Position numbers and translations under genes: made by a program. From positions 1,982-65,981 of the forward strand of contig JAZSRX010000008.1 in NCBI GenBank assembly GCA_045538685.1: 64,000 nucleotides of DNA, written 5' to 3'. This stretch comes from Eubacteriales bacterium (lineage in GTDB: Bacteria; Bacillota; Clostridia; Oscillospirales; CAG-272). Shown one piece after another: positions 18,535-27,983 of this stretch. Position 1 is the first letter of the stretch. Each line of letters opens with the position of its first letter. The notes below the pieces were generated by a model. The model worked only from the letters and a program-made list of their open reading frames with translations, was not told the origin of the DNA and did no database searches.

Positions 18535-18560
18535 AGGACTCTGCCTTTGGTAAGAGTCCT
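18535..18560. terminator. bidirectional terminator hairpin
   Basis: Stem aggactct/agagtcct between convergent genes. Confidence 0.6.
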
Positions 18561-18565
18561 TTTAC

Positions 18566-18910
18566 TTATATAAGCTTAATTTCAATACCTACAACTCCGT
18601 AGGATGCCTGTTTTTCTTTGGAGTAATAAATATCCATATCCGAAGGATCTGCTGTTTCAATGTCATCCTCGGTGTATCCGCATTTCAGCAGAGGCAATCC
18701 TTTATACAGCTCTGAAAAAGACGGGAAAAGATGCAAACCAACCACAAGACAGCGCATAGAATCCTCTCCACCGCGACTTCTGGTGAAGAGAATTTCGTCA
18801 CCAACCTTGATATTTCTGCGTTTTTCATCCCACAAGCGAAGCTCAAAGGTCTTTTTACCGCCCAATACCATATCAAACGGCGAGTCGTGCAAATTCATTT
18901 CGTGAGTCAT
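18566..18910 (-). CDS. ASCH domain-containing protein
   Basis: 114 aa. FDMVLGGKKTFELRLWDEKRRNIKVGDEILF is typical of ASCH/PUA-like domains. Confidence 0.6.
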   Translation of the reverse strand: MTHEMNLHDSPFDMVLGGKKTFELRLWDEKRRNIKVGDEILFTRSRGGEDSMRCLVVGLHLFPSFSELYKGLPLLKCGYTEDDIETADPSDMDIYYSKEKQASYGVVGIEIKLI

Positions 18911-19030
18911 TTTTCTTCACCTCAACATATTATTAATTCAATTATACGAAATCCAAACTGAAAAATCAACACCTTTCACTAAAATCGGGCTTTTTCGTAA
19001 AATAAAAATATAACTTTTTTGGAGGAAAAA

Positions 19031-19564
19031 ATGCTGGTAGTAAAACCCTATATAAGAGAAAATGCCCTGGCATATGCGAAAAAATATGCCTTTTCACAAA
19101 ACTCCTTTTTTGGAAATTTTGCCGGAATCGGCGGAAACTGCACAAATTTTGTTTCACAGTGCATATATGCAGGAAGCTGTGAGATGAACTACAAACCTAC
19201 TTTTGGCTGGTATTACATTTCGCTTGATGACCGCTCACCGTCTTGGACAGGAGTTGAATATTTTTATAATTTTATGATAGAAAATGCCGATGTTGGCCCC
19301 TTTGGCAGAGTCGCAACATCCGACGAGCTTGAAATAGGCGACGTAATTCAGCTTGCAAGAAACGAGGAGGGTTATTACCATTCGCTTTTGGTGGTTGGAT
19401 TTGACGGGGAAGATTTATTGGTTGCAGCACAGACCGACAACGCATATGCAAGGCCGCTTTCCACCTATGATTACGATTATTCCCGATATATAAAAATACT
19501 CGGAGTTCGCTTTGACAGTCCGGAAACGAGCGACTCTTGCTTTGAAAGATTAATGCAAGGGTAA
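19031..19564 (+). CDS. putative amidase-domain protein (NlpC/P60-like Cys peptidase fold)
   Basis: GGAGG lies 5 nt before the ATG at 19031. Motif GGNCTNFVSQCIYAG..GWYY..SWTGV..GDVIQL..YHSLLVV. Confidence 0.5.
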   Translation: MLVVKPYIRENALAYAKKYAFSQNSFFGNFAGIGGNCTNFVSQCIYAGSCEMNYKPTFGWYYISLDDRSPSWTGVEYFYNFMIENADVGPFGRVATSDELEIGDVIQLARNEEGYYHSLLVVGFDGEDLLVAAQTDNAYARPLSTYDYDYSRYIKILGVRFDSPETSDSCFERLMQG

Positions 19565-19586
19565 ATCGGAAATTAAATAAAAAAAC

Positions 19587-19622
19587 ACCGCATTTTGCAA
19601 ACAATACTGTACAAAATGCGGT
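19587..19622. terminator. bidirectional rho-independent terminator
   Basis: 11-bp stem accgcattttg/caaaatgcggt. Confidence 0.75.
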
Positions 19623-19629
19623 TATTTTA

Positions 19630-20694
19630 TTAAAGATTAATCTTATTCTCGGTTGTGTAGAGGGAGAGAAGCTCGCTCTTCTTTTCCTCGATTTCCGCCT
19701 TCATAAGTTCTATTTCTTCGGCAGAGAATGCATCAAGGTCGCCTTCATTAAGCTTGCCCTTATACATCTTGTCAATAACGTGAGAATATCCAATTCCAAC
19801 GGCACAGATGTCGCCGTTTCTCTCACAGATAACCTTATTTGAATTACCTCTGAGAAGCTCCTCTACGGCATAAACTCCCATTTTAGAAGCAAGAACTCTG
19901 TCCTTCAGTGTGGGGTTTCCGCCTCTTACAATGTGAGCAAGACGGGCGAATTTTGTTTCAACCCCTGTCTCTGTCTGAATCTTCTTTGCGAGAGCAGGAG
20001 CATATTCTGCACCAACACCCTCAGAAACGATAACGATAAAGTTTCTCTTTCCAAGCTCTCTTGCTCTTTTAATTCTTTTGCAGATAGAATCGTCATTGTG
20101 AGGAAATTCGGGAACAACAACTGCGGTAGCACCAGACGCAATAGCCGTATTAAGTGCAATATCGCCTGCACCGCGTCCCATAACCTCAACAACATTACAT
20201 CTTGCGTGAGATTCGCAGGTATCACGAAGCTTGTCAACAAGCTCGATAACCGTATTCATAGCTGTATCAAAGCCGATAGTATTATCGGTAGAGGTAATGT
20301 CATTGTCTATTGTTGCAGGAATTCCTATACAAGGAACACCCTCTTCGGTAAGTCTGGTTGCACCCTGGAATGTTCCGTCACCGCCAATGCAGATAATGCC
20401 CTCAATTCCAAGCTTTTTGCAATTTTCGATTGCCTTTGCACGAACCTCGGGATACTTGAACTCGGGACAACGGTCGGAATAAAGAATTGTACCACCCTTA
20501 TTAATTACATTGGATACATCTCTTATCTCCATAGGTCTGATGTCTCCCTCAATAAGTCCTGAATAACCGCGGAATATACCCATTACCTCAACACCGCGGG
20601 TAAGTGCGGTACGGCAAACAGCTCTTACCGCAGCATTCATTCCCGGAGCATCGCCGCCGGATGTGAGTATTCCTATTCTTTTTATATTACTCAT
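19630..20694 (-). CDS. pfkA: ATP-dependent 6-phosphofructokinase
   Basis: 354 aa. Motifs GILTSGGDAPGMNAA, IGGDGTFQGA, VEVMGRGAGDIAL. Confidence 0.95.
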   Translation of the reverse strand: MSNIKRIGILTSGGDAPGMNAAVRAVCRTALTRGVEVMGIFRGYSGLIEGDIRPMEIRDVSNVINKGGTILYSDRCPEFKYPEVRAKAIENCKKLGIEGIICIGGDGTFQGATRLTEEGVPCIGIPATIDNDITSTDNTIGFDTAMNTVIELVDKLRDTCESHARCNVVEVMGRGAGDIALNTAIASGATAVVVPEFPHNDDSICKRIKRARELGKRNFIVIVSEGVGAEYAPALAKKIQTETGVETKFARLAHIVRGGNPTLKDRVLASKMGVYAVEELLRGNSNKVICERNGDICAVGIGYSHVIDKMYKGKLNEGDLDAFSAEEIELMKAEIEEKKSELLSLYTTENKINL

Positions 20695-20887
20695 TCTAAT
20701 AAAATCCTCGCCTGTTTAAATTTTAACAGAACAATTATACAACATCTTTTTGAAATTATCAACCCCAATTAAGATTTTTTTATATTTTATTTATTTTGCA
20801 GTAATGAAAAAACCGAAGAAATATATACAAAATCCAGTTAAAGAAAATAAAGAAGCAATATAATATATTAAAATATCTGTATAATTA

Positions 20888-20916
20888 TTGACAAATCGGT
20901 CAAATAATGCTATAAT
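20888..20916 (+). promoter_or_regulatory. sigma-A type promoter
   Basis: TTGACA, 17 nt, TATAAT, upstream of the MGS-like gene. Confidence 0.65.
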
Positions 20917-20979
20917 GATTTCGGAATTTTGTAAATTTTAAATAAAAAGAAGAAATATATATAGATTGGAGTGCGTGTA

Positions 20980-21414
20980 ATGGAGATAGCACTTATTGCT
21001 GACGACAACAAAAAAGAACTTATGGCACAATTTTGTATCGCATATTGCGGTATTCTGAGCCGTCATCATATTTGTGCCACACATACCACAGGTAATTATA
21101 TAGCAGATGCGACAGGCCTTGAGATAGACACCTATCTTCCCGGTTCCGGTGGCGGTCTTGAACAGATAAATTCGAGAATTTCTTATAACGAGATAGATCT
21201 TGTATTCTATTTCAGAAGCACCGATCACGCAAAAGATCCCTACGAATCAGAGCAGGATCTTTTCCGTCTTTGTGACGTAAACAATATTCCTCTGGCAACA
21301 AACATTGCCACAGCAGAGGTTCTTGTAACAGCTCTTGAAGCTGGAAGCTTCGATTGGAGAGAGTTTATCAACCCCAGAAGTGCGTATAATCGCAGAAAAA
21401 GAGCATTAAAGTAA
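20980..21414 (+). CDS. methylglyoxal synthase-like domain protein (catalytic residues substituted)
   Basis: Collinear with MgsA as I recall it (IALIADDNKK; ATHTTG; GSGGGLEQI; LCDVNNIPLATN). The catalytic Asp in GGDQQ and the His in AHD are replaced. Confidence 0.65.
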   Translation: MEIALIADDNKKELMAQFCIAYCGILSRHHICATHTTGNYIADATGLEIDTYLPGSGGGLEQINSRISYNEIDLVFYFRSTDHAKDPYESEQDLFRLCDVNNIPLATNIATAEVLVTALEAGSFDWREFINPRSAYNRRKRALK

Positions 21415-21498
21415 ATATTTTGACAAAAACGGAGGCGGAGGATAGCCCTTTTGGGTTGTTGGTGGCTGCCGTTTTTGTCTTTTTATAAGAGGTGTCAG

Positions 21499-21948
21499 GT
21501 GACAAAAATCAGCGAAGTTAAAGTAAAAATAGAATCAAGTATTGATAATCTTGATTCCGCCGGCCTTCCCGAAGGTGATACCGAGAAGAATTTCACCGAG
21601 GCCGAGGGATTCTTTATGTATTCGGAAAACGAGGCCGTACTTACATACGCAGAAGAAAATGAGGGCGGAAGGGCCGAGTCCGAGATTATTATTGCAAACG
21701 GATGCGTAAGAGTAAAGCGAAAGGGTGCAATCGAGAGCGATATGTACTTTAAGGAGGGAGAGACCTCCCTCTCGATCTATTCTGTTCCTCCATACAAGTT
21801 TGATATGTCTGTATTCGCAAAGAGGGTGAGAATATCTCTTGATGAAAACGGCGGAAAGATAGACCTGCTTTACAATATGAAAATTGGCGGAGCCGAAAAA
21901 TCGGCAAGGATGAAAATATGGATCTTGCAACCTTCAAATCAAATCTGA
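21499..21948 (+). CDS. DUF1934 (YwiB-like beta-barrel) protein
   Basis: GTG start with AAGAGG 6 nt upstream. Size and pattern resemble DUF1934. Confidence 0.45.
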   Translation: MTKISEVKVKIESSIDNLDSAGLPEGDTEKNFTEAEGFFMYSENEAVLTYAEENEGGRAESEIIIANGCVRVKRKGAIESDMYFKEGETSLSIYSVPPYKFDMSVFAKRVRISLDENGGKIDLLYNMKIGGAEKSARMKIWILQPSNQI

Positions 21949-22946
21949 AAAAAGGCGAGATAAGCGGCATTTATCTTTTCTCGGGCGAAGAGGATTATCT
22001 GGTAAGATATTACCTTAAATCCCTGCGTGAGAAGATTGCGGGAGACGAAGCTTTTGCAATATTCAATAATCCCGTTTTTGACGGCGAGGAAATTGATTTT
22101 CCAAAAATTATTGAGGCGGTGAAAGCTCCTCCTATGATGAGCGATCTGAAGCTTATCGAATGGCGTCACGCCGACTTTACAAAGCTTAAAGACGGACGGC
22201 TGGAAGAGCTGGAAGAGCTTATTTCGGTATGCGAGGAATATCCCTACTCGGTAGTGGCATTTACCGCAGACGAGGACGGTGTTGATTACGGAAACCCAAA
22301 AAAGCCCTCTGCCTTCTTTAAACGATTTAATGAAAAAATCAACATAATCAATTTTGAAAAATCTACGGAAAACCAGCTCTACGCGTGGCTGAAAAAGCAT
22401 TTTGATTCAAGAGGTGTTACCGTCGGACTTGAAACAGTGCAGGCACTTGTTTTCCGCTCAGGAAAATCTATGGACGTGCTTGTAGGCGAGGTGGAGAAGC
22501 TCTGTGCTTTGGTGCTTTCAAGAGGAAAAACCTTTGTCACCCCCGAGGATGTGGCAGAAGTTGCTTCTTCTACACCCGAGTGCGATACCTTTGCTCTCTC
22601 TAATGCCATTATCGACAGAAGCAGAGCAAAGGCATATTTCGCCTTAGAGGATATGAAGCTCCGACGGGTTGAACCAACCGTAATTATGGGTATGGTAGCA
22701 AAGACCTTTGATGATCTTTCTGCCATTGCTCACCTGCTTGACGAGGGGCTTGGTGTATATGAAATCAAGGCCGCCTTGGGTATGAATGAATTCAAGGTTA
22801 AAAAATTTATTCCCGCCGCAAAAAGATACGGAAGCAAACGGCTTGGTGAAATAATTAATGCCCTTTCGGAAGCCGATGCAGGAGCAAAATACGGCGGCGT
22901 GACAGGTTATACTGCGATTGAGTTGTTCATTTCGAGATATTTATAA
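21918..22946 (+). CDS. holA: DNA polymerase III subunit delta
   Basis: 342 aa. N-terminus (GIYLFSGEEDYLVRYYL) and overall layout are typical of HolA. Confidence 0.75.
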   Translation: MDLATFKSNLKKGEISGIYLFSGEEDYLVRYYLKSLREKIAGDEAFAIFNNPVFDGEEIDFPKIIEAVKAPPMMSDLKLIEWRHADFTKLKDGRLEELEELISVCEEYPYSVVAFTADEDGVDYGNPKKPSAFFKRFNEKINIINFEKSTENQLYAWLKKHFDSRGVTVGLETVQALVFRSGKSMDVLVGEVEKLCALVLSRGKTFVTPEDVAEVASSTPECDTFALSNAIIDRSRAKAYFALEDMKLRRVEPTVIMGMVAKTFDDLSAIAHLLDEGLGVYEIKAALGMNEFKVKKFIPAAKRYGSKRLGEIINALSEADAGAKYGGVTGYTAIELFISRYL

Positions 22947-22960
22947 ATGAGGACGTAAAA

Positions 22961-23644
22961 ATGAGCAAAAAAAAAGGAAAGAATTCAAATTACAGCGGAA
23001 AGGTGGACACCAAGGTTCTTCCTTATAAAAAGGAAGCTCCAAAGAAAACCTTCTTTGAAAAATATAAAAACTATATCATATGGTCGGTATGTGCTTTACT
23101 GTTTGTATCTATTGTGTTAGGAATAGTATTGTCGTCAATCCCCAAAGATCCCGTTTATGTTGAAATGGATTTCGGCCCATACGGAAAGATAGTTATTGAG
23201 GTAGACAGAAATACCGCACCAAAGACAGCAAAAAACTTTATTAAGCTTGTTAAAAAGGGCTTCTATGACGGACTTACCATATTCCGTGCTCAAAAGGACT
23301 TTGTAATCCAGGGCGGCGAGAACGAGAATGTTAAGCTTAGACCAATCAGAGGAGAATTTGCATCAAACGGATACAAAAATGATATCTCCCATACAAGAGG
23401 TGTTATTTCTATGGCGAGAACGAAAGAACCCAACTCTGCAACATCTCAGTTCTTTATCACTCTCCACAACAATGCAGCTTACTCGCTGGACGGTGATTAT
23501 GCGGGCTTTGGACACGTTGTAGAAGGAATGGAGGTTGTTGACAAGATTGCAAACACCCTCTACGGACACGCAACCGACAGTATGGGATTTGTTGATGACA
23601 GTTATGCTATTAAAATTGTAAGTGCAAAAATTATAGATAAATAA
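22961..23644 (+). CDS. membrane-anchored cyclophilin-type peptidyl-prolyl isomerase
   Basis: TM anchor and a full cyclophilin domain (GKIVIEVDRNTAPKTAKNF..FRAQKDFVIQGG..GVISMARTKEPNSATSQFFI..FGHVVEGMEVVDKI). Confidence 0.85.
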   Translation: MSKKKGKNSNYSGKVDTKVLPYKKEAPKKTFFEKYKNYIIWSVCALLFVSIVLGIVLSSIPKDPVYVEMDFGPYGKIVIEVDRNTAPKTAKNFIKLVKKGFYDGLTIFRAQKDFVIQGGENENVKLRPIRGEFASNGYKNDISHTRGVISMARTKEPNSATSQFFITLHNNAAYSLDGDYAGFGHVVEGMEVVDKIANTLYGHATDSMGFVDDSYAIKIVSAKIIDK

Positions 23645-23662
23645 TTATTGAAGGAAAAATAA

Positions 23663-24163
23663 ATGAAAAAGATAATCAGTTTATTACTTACCCTTATTCT
23701 CCTTTTGGGCTGCTTCCTTTCTATGTGGTCTTGTAATAACAGCAAGAATGACAGGGATGATGAAGATGATGAAACCGGTGATGAAATCAAGGGCGAGTTT
23801 GACTTAAACGGCCATCCCAACGATATAAGCCACAAGCACGGTGTTATTTCTATGGCAAGATCAAACGATCCCAACAGTGCCTCCAGCCAGTTCTTTATCT
23901 GTAATGCAGATGCCACCTCGCTTGACGGCAGTTATGCTGCTTTCGGCTATGTTGTAGATGGACTTAATGTTGTTGATAAGCTGACCGAAGATGTATTCCC
24001 CAAGACCTATCTTTCAAGCTATTACTACGACTTCACCATCGATCCCTACTACGGTGTAACCAGACACGACCTGTGGAACTACTTCGGAAACGGTGCATTT
24101 GAAAATCAAAACGACCAACCCATAATAGAATACATCAAGGTTCTTGACTCCCGGTCAAAATAA
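23663..24163 (+). CDS. lipoprotein carrying only the C-terminal half of a cyclophilin domain
   Basis: Lipobox LLLGCFLSMWSC. The match to the upstream paralog starts at GEFDLNGHPNDISHKHGVISMARSNDPNSASSQFFI. The N-terminal beta-strands and FxIQGG motif are absent. Confidence 0.6.
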   Translation: MKKIISLLLTLILLLGCFLSMWSCNNSKNDRDDEDDETGDEIKGEFDLNGHPNDISHKHGVISMARSNDPNSASSQFFICNADATSLDGSYAAFGYVVDGLNVVDKLTEDVFPKTYLSSYYYDFTIDPYYGVTRHDLWNYFGNGAFENQNDQPIIEYIKVLDSRSK

Positions 24164-24179
24164 ATTAAAAGGCAAAAAT

Positions 24180-25187
24180 ATGAGCAAACTTTTTATTCCC
24201 GAAAACTATAAATCTCCTCTTGACGTTTACAAAACACAAAAGGCAATTTCATTTATTAAACAAACCTTCCAGGAAAGACTTTCGGCAGCTCTTAATTTAA
24301 AGCGAGTTTCCGCACCTCTTTTCGTAACCGAGGCATCCGGTCTTAACGATAACCTGAACGGCACAGAACGTCCCGTAACATTTGATGTTCCTGCGGTTGG
24401 GGAAAGTGTGCAGGTTGTTCACTCTCTTGCAAAATGGAAGCGTCTTGCCCTTCACGAATATCATTTCTACGTTGGCAACGGTCTCTACACCGATATGAAC
24501 GCAATAAGACGTGATGAGGAGCTTGACAATATTCATTCTATCTATGTTGACCAGTGGGACTGGGAAAGAGTTATTACGAAAGAGGAAAGAACTCTCGATT
24601 ACTTAAAAGAGACGGCACAGAGCATTGTTAATGTTATTTGTGATACAAACGAGCTTTTAAAGATTGATTTTCCCGAGCTTTCCTGTAAGCTTAACAGAAA
24701 CATGTTTACAATTACAACCTCCGAGCTTGAGGATATGTATCCCGACCTAACTCCAAAGGAGAGAGAGAATGCAATAACAAAAAAATACGGAACTGTTTTG
24801 CTTATGCAAATAGGCGGAAAATTAAAGAGCGGCAAGCCCCACGACGGCAGAGCTCCCGACTATGACGACTGGTCGCTGAACGGAGATATTCTGTTCTACA
24901 ATGAGGTTCTTGAAAGAGCATTTGAAATCTCATCTATGGGAATTCGTGTTGATGCCGAATCTCTCGACCGACAGCTTACCGAGCGTGGATGTGATGACAG
25001 AAGAACTCTTCCTTTTCATAAAAAGCTTCTCTCAGGCCAGCTTCCCCTCACAATCGGCGGAGGTATAGGTCAGTCAAGACTCTGTATGCTGATGATGGGC
25101 TCCGCTCATATCGGCGAGGTTCAGTCCTCTATCTGGGATAAGGAAACAATTGAAGGATGCAAGAAAGCAGGAATTAAGCTTTTATAA
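24180..25187 (+). CDS. asnA: aspartate--ammonia ligase
   Basis: Motifs VVHSLAKWKR, VDQWDWERV, APDYDDWS, GGGIGQSRL match AsnA. Confidence 0.9.
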   Translation: MSKLFIPENYKSPLDVYKTQKAISFIKQTFQERLSAALNLKRVSAPLFVTEASGLNDNLNGTERPVTFDVPAVGESVQVVHSLAKWKRLALHEYHFYVGNGLYTDMNAIRRDEELDNIHSIYVDQWDWERVITKEERTLDYLKETAQSIVNVICDTNELLKIDFPELSCKLNRNMFTITTSELEDMYPDLTPKERENAITKKYGTVLLMQIGGKLKSGKPHDGRAPDYDDWSLNGDILFYNEVLERAFEISSMGIRVDAESLDRQLTERGCDDRRTLPFHKKLLSGQLPLTIGGGIGQSRLCMLMMGSAHIGEVQSSIWDKETIEGCKKAGIKLL

Positions 25188-25285
25188 AATATCCGCAGCA
25201 AAAGCTTCAAAAAACAAAAAGCGACTCAACGAAGTGAGCCAAAAGGGTTCATATCGGGGTCGCTTTTTTTATTTACAAATAAATT

Positions 25286-26341
25286 TTAAAGATACTGATC
25301 ACAGTAAACGCACTTGCCGTATTCGTCAAAGAGCTTTTTTATACCTCTTTCGGTGCGGCTGATGCAATGGGGATTGCGGCAAACGACGCCGGGCCTCTCC
25401 TCGCCGTCAAGACGGCGGTCATCAATACCATTTGTTCCGAGAAGCATCAGAATAAGTGCCATTCTTATGTACCTGCCGTACATTGCCTGATCAAAATAAT
25501 CCGCTCTCGGATCATCGTCCACATCAACATTTATCTCTGTAACTCTGGGAAGTGGATGCATTATGGAAAGATCCTCTTTTGCCATTATCAGCTTTGATGC
25601 GGTAAGCTCATAGGAGTCCTTTAATCGCTCATAATCCTCTCTCGACTCAAAACGCTCTGCCTGTATTCTTGTCATATAAAGAATATCAAGCGAAGGTATA
25701 GCCGATTCAAGATTTTCGGTCTCTACATATTCGCAGCCGCCGGTGAAGAGATGATCGTCCTTCACATAATCGGGAAGAGCCAACTCCTCAGGAGAAATAA
25801 GCACAAAACGAACATTGTCATATCTTGACATTGCCGCAATAAGTGAATGAACAGTTCTGCCATACTTAAGGTCTCCGCACACACCGATAACCAGGTTGTC
25901 AAAGTGGCCTTTTTTCTTATAAATTGTGAGAAGGTCGGTCAATGTCTGGGTTGGATGGAAATGTCCGCCGTCACCTGCGTTAATCACAGGAACGGTTGCA
26001 ACTCTCGATGCCACGATAGGTGCTCCTTCTTTCGGATGACGCATAGCAATAATATCCGAATATGCACTAACCATTCTTATGGTATCCGAAACGGTTTCGC
26101 CCTTTGCCACCGAAGAAGAGCCCGCCTGATCAAATCCAAGAACCTGACCGCCAAGTCCCATCATTGCAGAAGTAAATGAAAGGCGTGTTCTGGTTGAGGG
26201 CTCAAAAAAGAGTGCTCCGAGAATTTTTCCCTTACAGCTCTCTGAATACCTTTCAGGATGCTCCATTATATCCGAAGCAAGACGAACAAGTCCGTCGATT
26301 TCCTCTGTGGTGAGGTCAAGAATATTTACAAGGTTTCTCAT
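25286..26341 (-). CDS. pyrB: aspartate carbamoyltransferase catalytic chain fused to a PyrI-type zinc domain
   Basis: ATCase motifs ([10 protein letters not shown]; HPTQ; HPLPR). About 45 extra C-terminal residues contain [17 protein letters not shown]. Confidence 0.85.
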   Translation of the reverse strand: MRNLVNILDLTTEEIDGLVRLASDIMEHPERYSESCKGKILGALFFEPSTRTRLSFTSAMMGLGGQVLGFDQAGSSSVAKGETVSDTIRMVSAYSDIIAMRHPKEGAPIVASRVATVPVINAGDGGHFHPTQTLTDLLTIYKKKGHFDNLVIGVCGDLKYGRTVHSLIAAMSRYDNVRFVLISPEELALPDYVKDDHLFTGGCEYVETENLESAIPSLDILYMTRIQAERFESREDYERLKDSYELTASKLIMAKEDLSIMHPLPRVTEINVDVDDDPRADYFDQAMYGRYIRMALILMLLGTNGIDDRRLDGEERPGVVCRNPHCISRTERGIKKLFDEYGKCVYCDQYL

Positions 26342-26374
26342 TTTTATAACTCCTTGCTAATAATAGTTTACATT

Positions 26375-27031
26375 TTACGCATTTGCACCGTAAACTTCAA
26401 GATATTTTTTAATACGTTCAACGTTTTCGGTGTTCTTTTCATCTTCAGAGAGATACTCGATAATATCGTATACATCAACAACAGAATATACAGGGAAGCC
26501 GAACTCCTCGCCTACCTCTGCCATTGCACTCTTCTCTCCTCTGCCCTTTTCCTTACGGTCAACCATAACGAAGGTTGCAATAACACGAGTGCCGTCAAGA
26601 GAAGAAAGAATTTCCATACTTTCACGAATAGCCGTTCCCGCAGTAATAACGTCTTCAACAATAACAATTTCCTCACCCGATGCGGGCTTATAGCCAACGA
26701 AAACGCCACCCTCGCCATGATCCTTTGCTTCCTTACGGTTAAAGAAGAAGGGAAGATCAAGTCCCTGCTTTGAAAGACCGATAGAAGCGGCAACGGCAAT
26801 GGAAATTCCCTTGTACGCAGGGCCGTAAAGCACCGCTCTCTTATTGCCAACCTTTTCAAGATATGCCTGAGCATAAAATTCACCAAGCTTTGCTATCTGA
26901 TCGCCCGTCTTAATTTCACCTGCATTGATGAAATAGGGAATCTTTCTGCCGCTTTTTGCAGTGAAATCACCGAATTTAAGCACACCTGCACCCTCTAAAA
27001 ACTGTATAAATTCTCTTTTATAGCTTTCCAT
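26375..27031 (-). CDS. pyrE: orotate phosphoribosyltransferase
   Basis: 218 aa. PRPP-binding motif IVIVEDVITAGTA. Confidence 0.9.
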   Translation of the reverse strand: MESYKREFIQFLEGAGVLKFGDFTAKSGRKIPYFINAGEIKTGDQIAKLGEFYAQAYLEKVGNKRAVLYGPAYKGISIAVAASIGLSKQGLDLPFFFNRKEAKDHGEGGVFVGYKPASGEEIVIVEDVITAGTAIRESMEILSSLDGTRVIATFVMVDRKEKGRGEKSAMAEVGEEFGFPVYSVVDVYDIIEYLSEDEKNTENVERIKKYLEVYGANA

Positions 27032-27285
27032 CAGCCGTTTTCCTCATTTCCGTCGTTTTTGTCAAAAATAATAAATGCAACAAGCAGAGTAACAATACTG
27101 CCAAATATAAACAGTGCACCAAGACTGCCTATAAGATCTGTGACAAATGGTTTACCCGCCTCGGGCTGCCAAATAAAAGTGATTCCTTCGTCGGTTACAA
27201 AATGGTAAAAGAAGTAATTAAATATAAACACTACTATGGCAATTATCGCCTGCCAAAGCGAAAGTTTAAAAAGCTTGTTTCTCAT
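27031..27285 (-). CDS. small hypothetical membrane protein embedded in the pyr operon
   Basis: About 84 aa from the ATG at 27285, with two TM helices. Joined by TGATG overlaps to the pyrF stop and the pyrE start. Confidence 0.5.
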   Translation of the reverse strand: MRNKLFKLSLWQAIIAIVVFIFNYFFYHFVTDEGITFIWQPEAGKPFVTDLIGSLGALFIFGSIVTLLVAFIIFDKNDGNEENG

Positions 27286-27983
27286 CAGCCGATAAACTCC
27301 CTGCAACATCTCTCGTAAGCAGCAACAGGATCTTCTGCGGCGGTAATAGGTCTGCCTACAACAATATAATCAGATCCGATTCTGTTCGCCTCGGCAGGAG
27401 TCATAACTCTCTTCTGATCGCCTATATCACCGTCGGCAAAGCGAACACCGGGTGTTACGGTAACAAAATCCTTACCGCAAAGATCGTGAACCTTGCCTGC
27501 TTCAAGAGGAGAACAAACAACACCGTCGAGTCCGGCCTCCTTTGCACAGGAAGCATAGTGCATAACAACCTTGTCAATCGGTTCTTTGATAAGCAGATCG
27601 TTTTCCATACTCTCCTGGTCGGTAGAGGTAAGCTGGGTTACAGCAATAAGTAACGGACGGCTGCCGTCAGGTCTTGTAAGACCTTCAATTGCGTCCTTCA
27701 TCATTCTCTTTGTTCCCGCCGCGTGAAGATTTGTCATATCCACATCAAGACGCGAAAGAACAGCCATAGCTTTCTTAACCGTGTTGGGAATATCGTGAAG
27801 CTTCAGATCAAGGAAAATCTTATGTCCTCTTCTCTTTATTTCTCTTACGATAGATGGGCCCTCTGCATAGTAAAGCTCCATACCGATCTTTACAAATGGC
27901 TTTTTGTCGGTGAATTTATCAAGAAAAACAAAAGTTTTTTCTGCACTGTCAAAATCACAGGCAATAATTACGTCCTTTCCCAT
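27285..27983 (-). CDS. pyrF: orotidine 5'-phosphate decarboxylase
   Basis: Motifs [12 protein letters not shown] and DYIVVGRPI. Confidence 0.9.
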   Translation of the reverse strand: MGKDVIIACDFDSAEKTFVFLDKFTDKKPFVKIGMELYYAEGPSIVREIKRRGHKIFLDLKLHDIPNTVKKAMAVLSRLDVDMTNLHAAGTKRMMKDAIEGLTRPDGSRPLLIAVTQLTSTDQESMENDLLIKEPIDKVVMHYASCAKEAGLDGVVCSPLEAGKVHDLCGKDFVTVTPGVRFADGDIGDQKRVMTPAEANRIGSDYIVVGRPITAAEDPVAAYERCCREFIG

